Shown here: one piece after another, positions 12,401-23,923 of the stretch
Position numbering within the stretch: position 1 is the first letter of the stretch
Layout of the letters: each line of letters begins with the position of its first letter
Origin: Azolla caroliniana
Lineage: Eukaryota > Plantae > Polypodiophyta
Direction of reading: 5' to 3'
Assembly: GCA_043228905.1 (NCBI GenBank)
Contig: JBHGNT010000010.1
Span: 18,600,001 to 18,664,000 of the forward strand
DNA length: 64,000 bases
Translations under genes and position numbers: made by a program
The notes under the pieces: generated by a model
Told to the model about the DNA's origin: nothing
Database searches by the model: none
The model's input: the letters and a program-made list of their open reading frames with translations, nothing else

Positions 12401-15400
12401 AGATGTGAAGCTCTCTCCTCTGCCCACAGAGCATAATATATATGCGTGTGCATAACCTCGTCAAATATTTTTGATTATATATGGTTCGCATATAGAGCTA
12501 AATATATCTATATCTATATATATATCCATATGCAAGTTGTTCAGATATGTTGCTAATTTATGCGTGTTTGTTCACGTTTGGAGCAGAGATCTTGCTCAGA
12601 ACCATTTATCTGGAGAGATTCCATCCTTAATTTATTGGAGTGAGGTGCTCCAATACTTGTAATACCATCTGAATCCATCCATCATTCCTTTATTTTTAAT
12701 TTGGCATCACTGTTTACTGTTGTAAATTGTTAGCCATTATATATAACACCCTTGGCCACCGCTATATAACTTAACTATATTTCTTCTGGATGTTCTGTTC
12801 TGTCATTGCAGACAAACACAAGAGGTAGTTCATATATAGACTGAACAAGTAGATTAATCCCTAATTATGCAATAAAAACACAAGAGATTATAGTTCTTAT
12901 ATAGAGGGACCGGGGTGCAGCTACTATGATTAATTAGCGATATATATATTTTGACAACACCAATAAGCTTCTGAATATCTATATTGCTTCTAATTGTATA
13001 TATGAGTAGAGGGCTGCGTGGTAACAACCTTTCAGGAAAGCTGTCGTCTGATATGTGCAAGCTTACCGGATTGTGGTACTTGTACGTATTGATTGATACA
13101 TAAATCTCATGTAAACTTTGTGTCCTTCTAAAGATCTACGAATCATTTCAATAGATTGTATCAAATTCTTTAATTTAATTTCTATCATTCTAATGCATCT
13201 TATTGGATGTCTAATTAATACGGCTATGATTCTAATGCGTCTCATTGAATATTTAACCTCATTTGTTTGAATGCATCTCTTTGAATGTCTAACTTAATCT
13301 CAATCATTTGAATGCATCCCAATGAATGTTCTAGATTGATCTCTATCATTCTAATGCATCTTATTGGGCATATAATTTAATCTCTGATCAATGTTTTCAG
13401 TGATGTGAGAAGCAATAATCTATCTGGAGAAATACCGCGCAGCATCGGCAACTGTACGAATTTCCAAATCCTGTAGGAATATTTGACGTGATCGATGACA
13501 TTTTCCATAACAAAATTTGTGATTTGTTGGAATCATAAATCATGTGAGATTTGATATTGTGTGTGTATTTCTTTACATATTTAAATAGGGATCTGGCCTA
13601 CAATCAATTCAGTGGTGAAATACCATTCAACATTGGCTTCCTCCAGATTGCTACTTTGTAAGATAAATTTCCCCGTCATGATATTTATTTGGGTTAACTT
13701 TCCTGTAAGTACATTTTCAGGAGAAACTATGATTGATTTTGGTCATCACTTTTGGTCCTTAATAAGAACAATATTGGTCATTTGATTTAATTCCTTTTCT
13801 TCCAAGAGTATTTTTAATAATCTGGTTCCTTTAGCAGATCCTTGCAAGGAAACAAATTCAGTGGCACTATTCCAGATGTTCTTGGACTAATGCAAGCGCT
13901 AGCTGTATTGTAAGCGGGCTAATATATTTCATTTGCATCTCATTGAATGTTCAATCTCTTTGCAGTGATATGTTTAATTATTTTGGAGAAATATAATGCA
14001 TTTTATCGTTAGCTCACATATCATTGTTAATATGGATAAACCTAATGCATTTATTGTTAGCTTGAATATATGATGCATTTGGCTGTTAATATGGAAAATA
14101 TTGATGCATTTCATTGCTAATTATTGCATGCATAATGCATTAAAATTGTTGATACAGAAAAATGTAATGCGTGCGACTGTAGATATGGGAAAATTTTAAT
14201 GCAGTTTTCACTGTTAGTATGGAAAAATATATTGCATATCTGATTGTTTGTAAGGGAGAATATATTGCAGTTGGTATATAGCATATGATTTTTAGTATGG
14301 AAAAATAATACATTTGATTATTAGTGTAGAAGATATGATACATTTCTTACTGTTAGAATGGAAAAATATAATGCCTTCGGTTGTTAATATGAATATATAC
14401 TGCACTTGGTTGTTAATATAGCTTATATAAGGCATTTGATTCATTTATGGAGCTCAATATTTTTGCATTTTCTGTAGAGTCTTTCTTGAAGTTTACATGG
14501 ATTGGAATGTCTTGACTCATAATTCAGGGATCTCAGCTACAATGAGCTTCATGGCGAAATTCCTCCAATACTCGGAAATCTTACTTATACGGGAAAACTG
14601 TATGAATCAATTCATTTAACAACCTTTGTTAGCATTGCCTTTTATATTGGGATATGGAAAATGAGTTTCCTCGAAGTAGAATGTTGTTGGTTTTAACTAG
14701 ATTTAAGTGTTAATCTCAAAGTGAAAAGTTTAATTATAACTAGATTAAGTGTAATAACCTCCGAAGTGTTAATTATAACTCGAGTAAGAAGAATAATCTC
14801 AACGAGGAAAGTGTTAATTAATGGTTAGTGTAATGTAATCATATCTAGAAAGAGTGTTGTTATAACTATTAGTTTAGTAATTATTAGACTTATAAAGCAA
14901 TTTTAGCCTTACAACCCACATCCGTCATTGATTATGTGGAAGTAAGACGATGTTAAAAATTGGTGGTTCCATGAGGATGATCTGACTTCTCATACATTAG
15001 TCTTCTCACACCCACAAGATTGTACTTTCATCCTCTTCTGATCGTGAAAAGGCCATGTAATGAGTGGGCTTCTTCCTACAATTATCTAGTGTAGTTGTCT
15101 TATACAAAGGCACCCTTTTATCACAATCTATACAATCTTATGTTGTACTTGTAATTTCTTCCTAATTATCTAGTCTAGGATGTCCTAGATAAGGGCATCC
15201 TGTTACAATCTATACATCTTAGTTTAAGGGCATTCTTTTGTCATAATCTATACATCTTATTTTGTAATAGTAATTTCTAACATATTGTTAAACGCATTGC
15301 TTTGGCCTTGCGATTTAGCATGTAATGCCTTGTCGCTTTTTCTTGTGTGTTGTATAACTAAAATGTTAATACCAACATAAGGTTACTTATTATGCTATTA

Positions 15401-17536
15401 ATATAACTAAAAAAGTTGGTATTATTTCATAGCTATCTACATGGAAATCACCTCACTGGAACTATACCCCCAGAGCTTGGAAATATGTCAAGGCTAAGTT
15501 ATCTGTAAGGAAACTTTCTTCAAGAAAATCTTTTGTTCTACATCTTTCATAGGTTCGGTGGATTAACCAACCATATTTGCATGTTGCCAATATTTAACCA
15601 GTCAGTTGGATGAGAATGAGTTGTCAGGAGAGATCCCGTCTGAGCTTGGGAAGCTACAAGTTTTATTTTCGTTGTAAGTTGAATTGACATGGTTTTTCAT
15701 TAGATGAAGGTGTATAATTGTGGATATTATTCATTTGTAACCAAGTAATAAAGCAGAGAGAAACTATACCTGTTCAATTCTTGTACAATCTTTCACTTTA
15801 GCTAAGTTCATCTTTTTGACAAAATTCAATGCTATTTGTTTTACTTTATCAAAATTGTCTTGGACTATAGGAATCTGGCGATGAATCTTCTTCAGGGTCC
15901 CATTCCAGAGAACTTGAGTTCTTGCACTTCTTTGAATTATTTGTAAGACGAACTTCTTTGAATACTGATTAAAAGTTATGATGTATTTGTGAATGAATGA
16001 ATGGTCCAAATTTCTCTTATTTTGTATTATAGAAATGTACATGGAAACAATCTTACTGGAATGCTACCAAATGGGTTCCAACGGATAGTGAGCTTGACAT
16101 ACTTGTATGTGTTATTTTCTTTAAATATATTCTTGCCACATCTAGTAATGTCCTTATTTCTACTAAGGTTTTTAAACGATTTGTTGTCTTGTAGGAACCT
16201 GTCTACCAATCAGATACATGGAAGTATACCTGACGAGTTTGGTCGTATTCGCAATTTGGACACCTTGTAAGGAAAGAAATGATAAGAAGCTGATGAAAAG
16301 TTTGTTGTTTAGTTGTGGATACTGTGTTTAGTACATGTAATGCATTATTATTAAGCATACATGATGTGTTATTATCAACTAATCCAAGCTTTCAGGGATC
16401 TCTCTCACAATCAGATTTCAGGACCAATCCCGAGGTCGATTGGTGATCTCGAACATCTATTAATTCTGTAAGATTAAAAAAATTTAAAAAAAATTGAAAG
16501 AAATTAAAATGTCAGCTTATTTTGCAGCATTTTACTTTAGGTTTGGAATGCTGTCTTTTATGATTTAGTTTCTACCAATGGTTATAACTAAATGTCCATG
16601 TTTTTTTTCATGAAAAATAGAGATTTAAGTGAAAATGAGATTTCGGGAAATATCCCGGCAGAGTTTTCGAACTTGCGGATCATCTCTGAATTGTAAGATA
16701 AATATCTTAATATAGTTAAAATAATTCTCATGGTTAAATCTTAATGTAGTTAAAATTGATCCTTGTGATTCCTAAAACCTCAGTCAAAGTTGATTTTTCT
16801 GATGGGTAAAATCTTAATAGAGTTTAATTATTAATGATTTCTAAAATCTTAATATAGCCCAATTTCTTTATTTATTTGACAGAGATATCTCACACAATGC
16901 TTTAGTAGGAAGCATTCCAGAGCAATTTGGACAATTGCAAAGTCTTGACACATTGTTAAGTTTCTATGTCTGTCTCTCTATATATAAATGGTTTTCATTT
17001 GAAATATTTTGTATTTAATGTTGGGAAATACGCATTTTTGTTGTAACATTATGTATATAACCTTTATCATTCAGGTACCTCAACAATAACAATCTCTCAG
17101 GTGAAATCCCACCACAAATGGTTAACTGTTTCAGTCTAAATGTTTTGTAAGTTCTAAACAGTTAACCCTCCAACTTCAAAGATGATTTTATGTGACTGAT
17201 TTTAGTTAGTTAGCTAGTATTTGTTTTTAACATTACATCTCTTTCTGAAGGAACTTGTCGTACAACAATCTTTCTGGCGAAATTCCAACCTCGAAGAATT
17301 TCACAAGATTCCTTGCTGACAGGTAAAAATGTTGTATACATTTTAATGTTGTCCATCTTATTCTCTATGTTGTGTGTTACATGTATAGGTAACGGGATTC
17401 TTTATTCACTTTTATTTATTTACTTATTTACTTAGTTACATTTATTTTGGTTTGTTGCTCTAAAAAAGGAGACAACATTTTAAAATGTAATCTCTTGTTT
17501 AGTCACATAGACCATTTGGTCTTTTAAATGAGGTTA

Positions 17537-17594
<58 letters not shown>

Positions 17595-17999
17595 CTGTCA
17601 GCCTGTTGGCTTGGTAGTTTACAACATAGCATCAAAGTCATAGAGTGGAGAGAACCCAAATTCAATCCTCTGCATGGGCTAGGCCCTGCAATCGGTCTCC
17701 CATGGATCTTGAAAAGATCTCCCTCTCTCTCTCTCGTTCACTTTTTTTATTACTTAATAACATTTGTTTTGGTTCTTTGTTCTCAAAGACCAGACAACAT
17801 CACAACACTTCAGATGTAATCTCTTGTTTGGTCTTATAGGCCATTTTGGCCTCTTCAAAGACGTTAATATATCTTTCTTCCTCGTTAAAGAGTAGTAACC
17901 CCCCATCTTAGAAGAGTAATCTCCCCATCTAAGGATTCACGTACAAGATAATATATTTATTTGGACCCATAGGGGCAGTAAAAAACCCCTGCTCTATTC

Positions 18000-18042
<43 letters not shown>

Positions 18043-21000
18043 TTTTGAGAGACTTGGGTGGAAATGAGATTAGGCTTGGTGCAAAGTTTTGTACACTACT
18101 AGAACTTTCTTAGCTTAAGCTATTTTCTTTTATTTTTAGTTTTGATGATTGGATAAACACTCATTTTTTGTTGTAACCTATTTGTCTCATGGGCCAAATT
18201 TGGCCTTAGAAGACGTTAATATATCTTTCTTTCTTTCTTTCTCTCTCTCTCTCTTCCCTTCTGCGCCTCTTGAATTAGGTTTATCATGATTTTTTCATTG
18301 TTTTGATGTTTGATTGTGGATCCATCTTCACAATTATCTAAATCATTTTGAAACACATTTATCATGGTTTTCCATCGTATCAATGTTTGATTATGGATTC
18401 ATCTCCACAATCATCTAAATCATTTTCTGTATGCAATTCGGCTTCCTTCTTAATGTTTAAAAGTTCAATCCAGTCATAATGCTATATAGGGGTCCAAGTT
18501 GAGTTTGCCTCTGTAGGCACTTCCCGTGTAATATTTGTTGAATGCTTTCTTGGTTTTCAGTTGTATTGCCAATAAGCTAGCTGTATCACATGCTGCCACA
18601 TTCTTGACATGTCATATTGGTAAAATGCTTCTTGGTTTTCAGTTATATTGGCAATCAATTGTTATGTGGTCCCATAATCGGATCACCATGTGATAGTTTG
18701 AAGAACTACAGATCCTCTGTTGGTAGGGGCGAGTTTTTGATACTTCATCAATGATTAAATGATGTGTTTTTATGCTATAACTTAGTGTTGACACATTTGC
18801 CATAGGAACTGGAACAAAGAGGTTAATCATTGGAATCAGCATTACTCTTGTAACCATTATTGTGCTCTTAGTGGTGTTGTGGAAATCAAGTCATCAACAT
18901 CAGCAGTTTTTGAAAAGTCATGATAAGCTCTCACAAGGTCATCTCACTCCCTACTAATGCATCTCTTTGACTACTCGATGTCAGAATGTTTTCCTCCATT
19001 TTTAATGAGAGATCAATTGATTTCTGAAGGGGTCTGGACTGTTTGTGATAAAGACAAAAATGACCCTCTGTGCTACGCCAAAGTTAATCATGGTTCACCA
19101 TTTGATATGTTCTATTTTTTGTCTTACCAGGATCCCCAAGAATGGTTATACTTCACATGGACTTGGCGTTTCATTCCTATGATGACATCATGAGATTGAC
19201 AGAGAACTTAAGTGATAAGTATGCCATTGGATATGGTGCATCTAGTACAGTGTATAAGTGTATATTGAATAATGGAAAGCCTATAGCGATCAAGAAGCTT
19301 TACAACCATCATCAACGAGATACAAGGCAGTTTGAGACAGAGCTTGAGATGGTGGGGAGGATAAAACATAAAAACCTTGTCAGCTTACGAGGATACACTC
19401 TGGCACATGATGGCAGAAACCTCTTGTTCTATGATTACATGGTGAATGGAAGTCTGTGGGATGCACTTCATGGTAATGAAACAACATTTGTATCATTGGC
19501 ATTGAAGGGTATTGGCGTGCTAGCATAGCAATTCAAAATTTTGCACAATATATGTTGAATGTAGTTTAGTTTCTAACTGTAAACACTAGGGCAATCATTA
19601 AGAAATACTGTAGTAATAAAAATTAACAATAGTCTTGAAAATTAGTCATTTGTTGAAAACCTTCATTATAAAAACAACCAAAAGTTTCTCAAAGAATAGT
19701 CATTTGGCAGTAAATATCCCCCTTTGTCTTTATTTTCCAGTTGGTGTATATACATTGTTACATATATCCATAAACATACCTGTGTATATGATTTTTGCCC
19801 CCTCATGGAAGAGTTTCAGAAACACATTGTGCTTTTTTATAATCTAGGATCAACAAAAACAAAGCTTGATTGGGGCCTTAGGCTTAAAATTGCCCTGGGT
19901 GCAGCACAAGGGCTTGCCTATCTACATCAGGATTGCAATCCTCGAATTGTGCATCGGGATGTGAAGACATCAAATATCCTCTTGGATGAGAACTTTGAAG
20001 CTCATCTTTCAGATTTCGGCATTGCAAAGAGCCTTTCTTGTGCAAAGCCTTACACATCCACTTCTGTGATGGGTACAATTGGCTACATCGACCCTGAGTA
20101 TGCGAGAACATCTTGGCTCAATGAAAAATCTGACGTGTATAGCTTTGGGATCATCCTCTTAGAGCTTGTCACTGGCCGAAAAGCTGTCGAGAATGAGATC
20201 AATCTCCACCAGTGGGTTGGTATCTTCCTCCATAATTTCATCCTTTTATGCATGTTTCTTGCTAGTACACTTTCATGCTTGTCGGTACTTATCACCGAGT
20301 ACTGACAGTGATCACAATCACCTAGTACCTAATAAGTACGCTTTTGTGCTTGTCACTACTTATTGCTAAGCACATATTGTTGCTTATCAGTATCCAGTGC
20401 CAACCACCTAGCAGTGCTTGTCAGTACTTTTCTCATGGCTACTTCTTACTGAGTACTAATCGGTGCTTCTCATTCAACACCAATTGGTACTTTTCAGTAA
20501 GTAGTAATCTGTGATTGCAACTAAAGTAGCAAGCGGTACTTGTTGTGAAGTATTAAACTAGGGTACTCATTGGGACTTATCCTGAAGTCTAATCAGGTAC
20601 TCATCAGTACTACCATAAAGTACTAATCAGTACTGTGGGTATGTCTAGATCCATCCAGCCATGTGTTAATGATTGAATGAATGCCTTGGATATGTGAACT
20701 GCAGGTGTTGCTGAAAAAGGACTCAGAGACATTGATGGACTCCATAGTGTGTCCTGAAGTGAAGAACACGTGTAGTAGTAGTAGTGGTAGTGGTGGTACA
20801 CAAGAAGCTTCAGTGAAGAAAGTATTACAACTCGCTCTTTTATGTAGTAAGAAGCAGCCGTCCGAAAGACCCACAATGAATGATGTGGTGAAGGTGCTTT
20901 TGACATTGATCCCTCCACCACTTCCAATTAAAAGCCCACCTCAGGAGATGTGGGTGGCATCAAAGCAGTATCATCGATATCTGGATGATTATGGGCCCAC

Positions 21001-21154
21001 TGCCATGATGAAACACAAAAAAGATCTCAATACCTACAAGAAAGATGCCAGCAGTGAAAGCCCTAGCTCCAACACCACCACCACATCATCAGGGGGCCAT
21101 CTTTTTGTAAGGTTCGAAGAGGTCATATCTCAGGATACCACTATTGTACTGTGA
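9410..21154 (+). CDS. ERECTA: ERECTA-family LRR receptor-like Ser/Thr kinase (LRR-XIIIb), 27 exons, ~1038 aa
   Basis: GT-AG exons with consistent phase: 9410-9542, 9782-9956, 10191-10262, 10637-10708, 11952-12023, 12326-12397, 12587-12658, 13010-13081, 13401-13472, 13589-13657, 13838-13909, 14528-14599, 15433-15504, 15602-15673, 15871-15942, 16033-16104, 16195-16266, 16396-16467, 16621-16692, 16883-16954, 17075-17146, 17251-17322, 18643-18722, 18806-18937, 19131-19472, 19848-20215, 20705-21154 (3117 nt). One 72-nt exon per LRR plus the characteristic 69-nt exon. ER-family peptides CDNVTFA, LDLAQNHLSGEIPSLIYWSEVLQYL, IPFNIGFLQIATL, LGLMQALAVL, VILHMDLAFHSYDDIMRLTENLS, GYGASSTVYKC, HRDVKTSNILL, DFG, GTIGYIDPEY, C-terminal LFVRFEEVISQ; TM helix in exon 24. 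ER vs ERL orthology not resolved. Confidence 0.95.
11038..11738. mobile_element. Possible MITE / non-autonomous DNA transposon in ERECTA intron 4, with an internal ~165-bp tandem duplication (~11292-11616)
   Basis: Imperfect 24-bp terminal inverted repeat (CATAGTTGTCTAAGAATGCGTATT vs reverse complement CACAGTAGGCCTACAATTCGTATT) and AGAATACG subterminal motifs; no clear TSD. Confidence 0.35.
17539..17594. repeat. Compound (GT)n(AT)n microsatellite
   Basis: Directly visible in ERECTA intron 22. Confidence 0.9.
18036..18254 (+). mobile_element. Severely 5'-truncated RTEX-like LINE 3' end within a (CT)n tract (ERECTA intron 22)
   Basis: TTTGAGAGACTTGGGTGGAAATGA (FERLGWK*) plus 3'UTR ending GGCCAAATTTGGCCTTAGAAGACGTTAATATATC(TTTC)n(TC)n, matching 62767-63020; (CT)n on both sides. 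Confidence 0.8.
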
Positions 21155-21988
21155 TGATGTTGGTGATGGTGATGGTGAGGTTAGTGGCCAAGTTTAGAGG
21201 GACTCATGGGATTAACTCCAAGCCAAACCAGAAGGAGAGTTTTGGCCAATTTTGGTGAACCCATCAGTTGCGTGGCCAAATTCAGAAGAAATATTTGTTG
21301 TGGGCTAAATCCAAACCACTCTCAATTAGCCAAAACCATTAAAGGTGCTTAACCAGAAGCTATGTAATTTGATCAATGAATGAGAACCTCTGTAAAGGAC
21401 CATGTGTCAAACACAATGTACACACACATACCATGTGTCCAAACACAAGTGTAAAATCATTTTTAACAAAGTATAAATGTCTTCATTCATGGCTCCTTGT
21501 TATATTGGTTCCTTGAGAAGACAATGAATAAGATTTAACGGATCTTGATACGTCAGTATGCTCAACAGCATTTTGTTTTGGTTTTTGAAATCCAAGCTCA
21601 GGAAACTGCGGAGACTCTCCCTTTCATTCGAATAAATAAATTGCATTTGTACATCTTAACTACCATGGATTGTAGGTAACTTCCACAAACTCTATCTTTT
21701 ATATTGAGCAAGTGATAAATTGATTTCTATAGTTCTTCTAACGTATGAAAAAGTTACTTATTGGTTGTGTATCCTTTAATTCTATCTTATATTGAGTAAG
21801 GGTAAATTGGGTAGTGGATTAGTTCTCTCCATTGGCTGTGTCAATTTATTTATTAATGTTAAGAATTAGGTACAAGTTCCTATTTATTAATGTTAAGAAT
21901 TAGGTACAAGGTTGACTATAACACCTTAAATAGGACCTTGTACCTAATTCTTAACATTAATAAATAGGACCTTGTACCTAATTCTTAA

Positions 21989-23923
21989 GGTGGGCCACAT
22001 ACTCGTAGCTGAGCTGAATGATGGGGTTCTTAGCTCTAGATGAGCGTCGAAGTTTTTCGCTCCCCGATGTGAGGGCCATCTTTCCTTCGGGTGTCCGCAT
22101 GATGGGTACATCGAACTCATTGTCTAGTGAGGGAGCTGAACCATCTGAATCATTGTCGTCGAGGTGGTCGACTTTGTATTCGGGCATCTTACCTTTGCCT
22201 TTGTCCAAGTTCATACTTGGCCGCGACGTGCTTGGGTCGCGTGGGGGCTCTTGTGGCCCACTAGGCATTGTCGTAATCGGACTTTCTTTGAACAAGTGTT
22301 CGAAGCGATCTCCATCTTTTACATTTTGTTCGGCGGATTCCGGGTCGAGTGGAGTTGGAGTCAAAGTTGTGTTTGGTGCGTACTAGGATGCGGACTTGTC
22401 GAAGACTACGTCTCGACTTACCTGAACCGCTCGAGTAGAAGGGTTGTAGCACTTGCATGCCTTCTTCTTGGGTGAGTATCCTATGAGGATACATTCCTCC
22501 GACTTCGCGTCGGGCTTCTATTGTTGTTTGTTCGGGATGCGTACATTCACAATGATTTCGAACGCCTTGAGGTGTGACAGGATCGACTTCCTTTTGACGA
22601 GGAGCTCGTATGGAGTTAGCTCATGGACTCCATTGGTGGTGCACCAATTCATGAGATAGACGGCCATGGATGTTGCATCGACCCAATAGAAGTTCGACAT
22701 GTGCTTCACATGCATCATGGCACATGCTACCTTGAGTATTTGCAGATTCTTCCTTTCGGCTACTCCATTTTGTTGGGGTGTGTGTCGGCATGAGAATTCT
22801 CTACGAATGCCTTCACTTTGGAGGTAGGAGGTAAATTCGTTGGAAAAGTAGTCCTTGCCTCCACTCGAGAATTCATTGGAGGTAGGAGGTGATTTCGAAT
22901 GTGCCGACCGGTTTCTTTTTCGACTTGGCCCTTGAGCTTTTGGAAGTGGGTGAACACTTCGCTCTTCTTCTTCATCAAGAAGATCCACGCGTAGCGCGAG
23001 TAGTCATCGATGAAAGTGACGTAGAATCGGCATCCACTAATCGTCGACGTTTGAGCAGGTCCCCATACATCTGAGTGTATGATGTCGAGGAGGCCTTTGC
23101 TCGCGTGGCTCTCCTTTGGGGATGGGAGTCGATGTTGTTTGCCGAGTTGACACACTTTGCATTCGGTTGACTTGTTTCGACTCAAATGTCGGAAGTCCAA
23201 TGACGACTCCCTTTGTTTCCATAGAATGGGATGTGTGGTGTCGTCTCTCGTCTCTATGAAGTCGGGTCGGTCTAGTGTACGCAAGTCATTGAACCACTCT
23301 TTGTGGGATGTCATGTGATGTGAGGTGTAGGAATCGACGAACCACACGTCTTCCGAATTGGAGGTGCTTGTGGAGTCGGAGGCCGTCATAGAGTTCGCTC
23401 TATGCCTTACCACAAACATTCTACCACGGTCGCCGTAGTCTGAATTTGTGACGTAATTTGTAAACATATCAACACGATCGTCGTAGTCGAAATTCAATGC
23501 GTGATTCGTGAGCATTCCGGTATGATTGTCGTAGTTGGAGTTCGATGCGTAGTTTGTGAGTTGTCGACTTGTTGAAGCCGATTCACTTCTCTTTTTCTGA
23601 CGCTCCGCCTCGTAGTGGCCAACTTTGCCGCAATAATTGCAAGTTGCGGGCGTGGAAGCTCCCCCTTCTTCCGAAGGTTCCTCGATGGCTTTCATGAAGG
23701 TTTGAGTTCCCTTTGTGTGATGGGTCGAATTGACCTCTTCTACCGCCATGACCTCCTCCTCGGCCACCGTCCAAATTTGAGAAGAACGTTTGCCCTTCCG
23801 ACGTCTTGCTTTTGGTTCGGACGTGGTTCTCTTTGACCAATAACATTGATTGGAGGTCAAAGAATGAAGGGTTTTCCCTCGCCAAGATTGTTGTCCGTAA
23901 TGGATCAAATCATTGTGCGAGGC
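21989..23923 (-). pseudogene. Disrupted copia gag-pol of element A (gag C-terminus, CCHC knuckle, protease WFVDS, GAG-pre-integrase, integrase)
   Basis: CNYCGKVGH, VWFVDS, CKVCQLGKQHR, IHSDVWGPA, TPQQNGVAERKN split across frames by frameshifts and stops. Confidence 0.85.
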
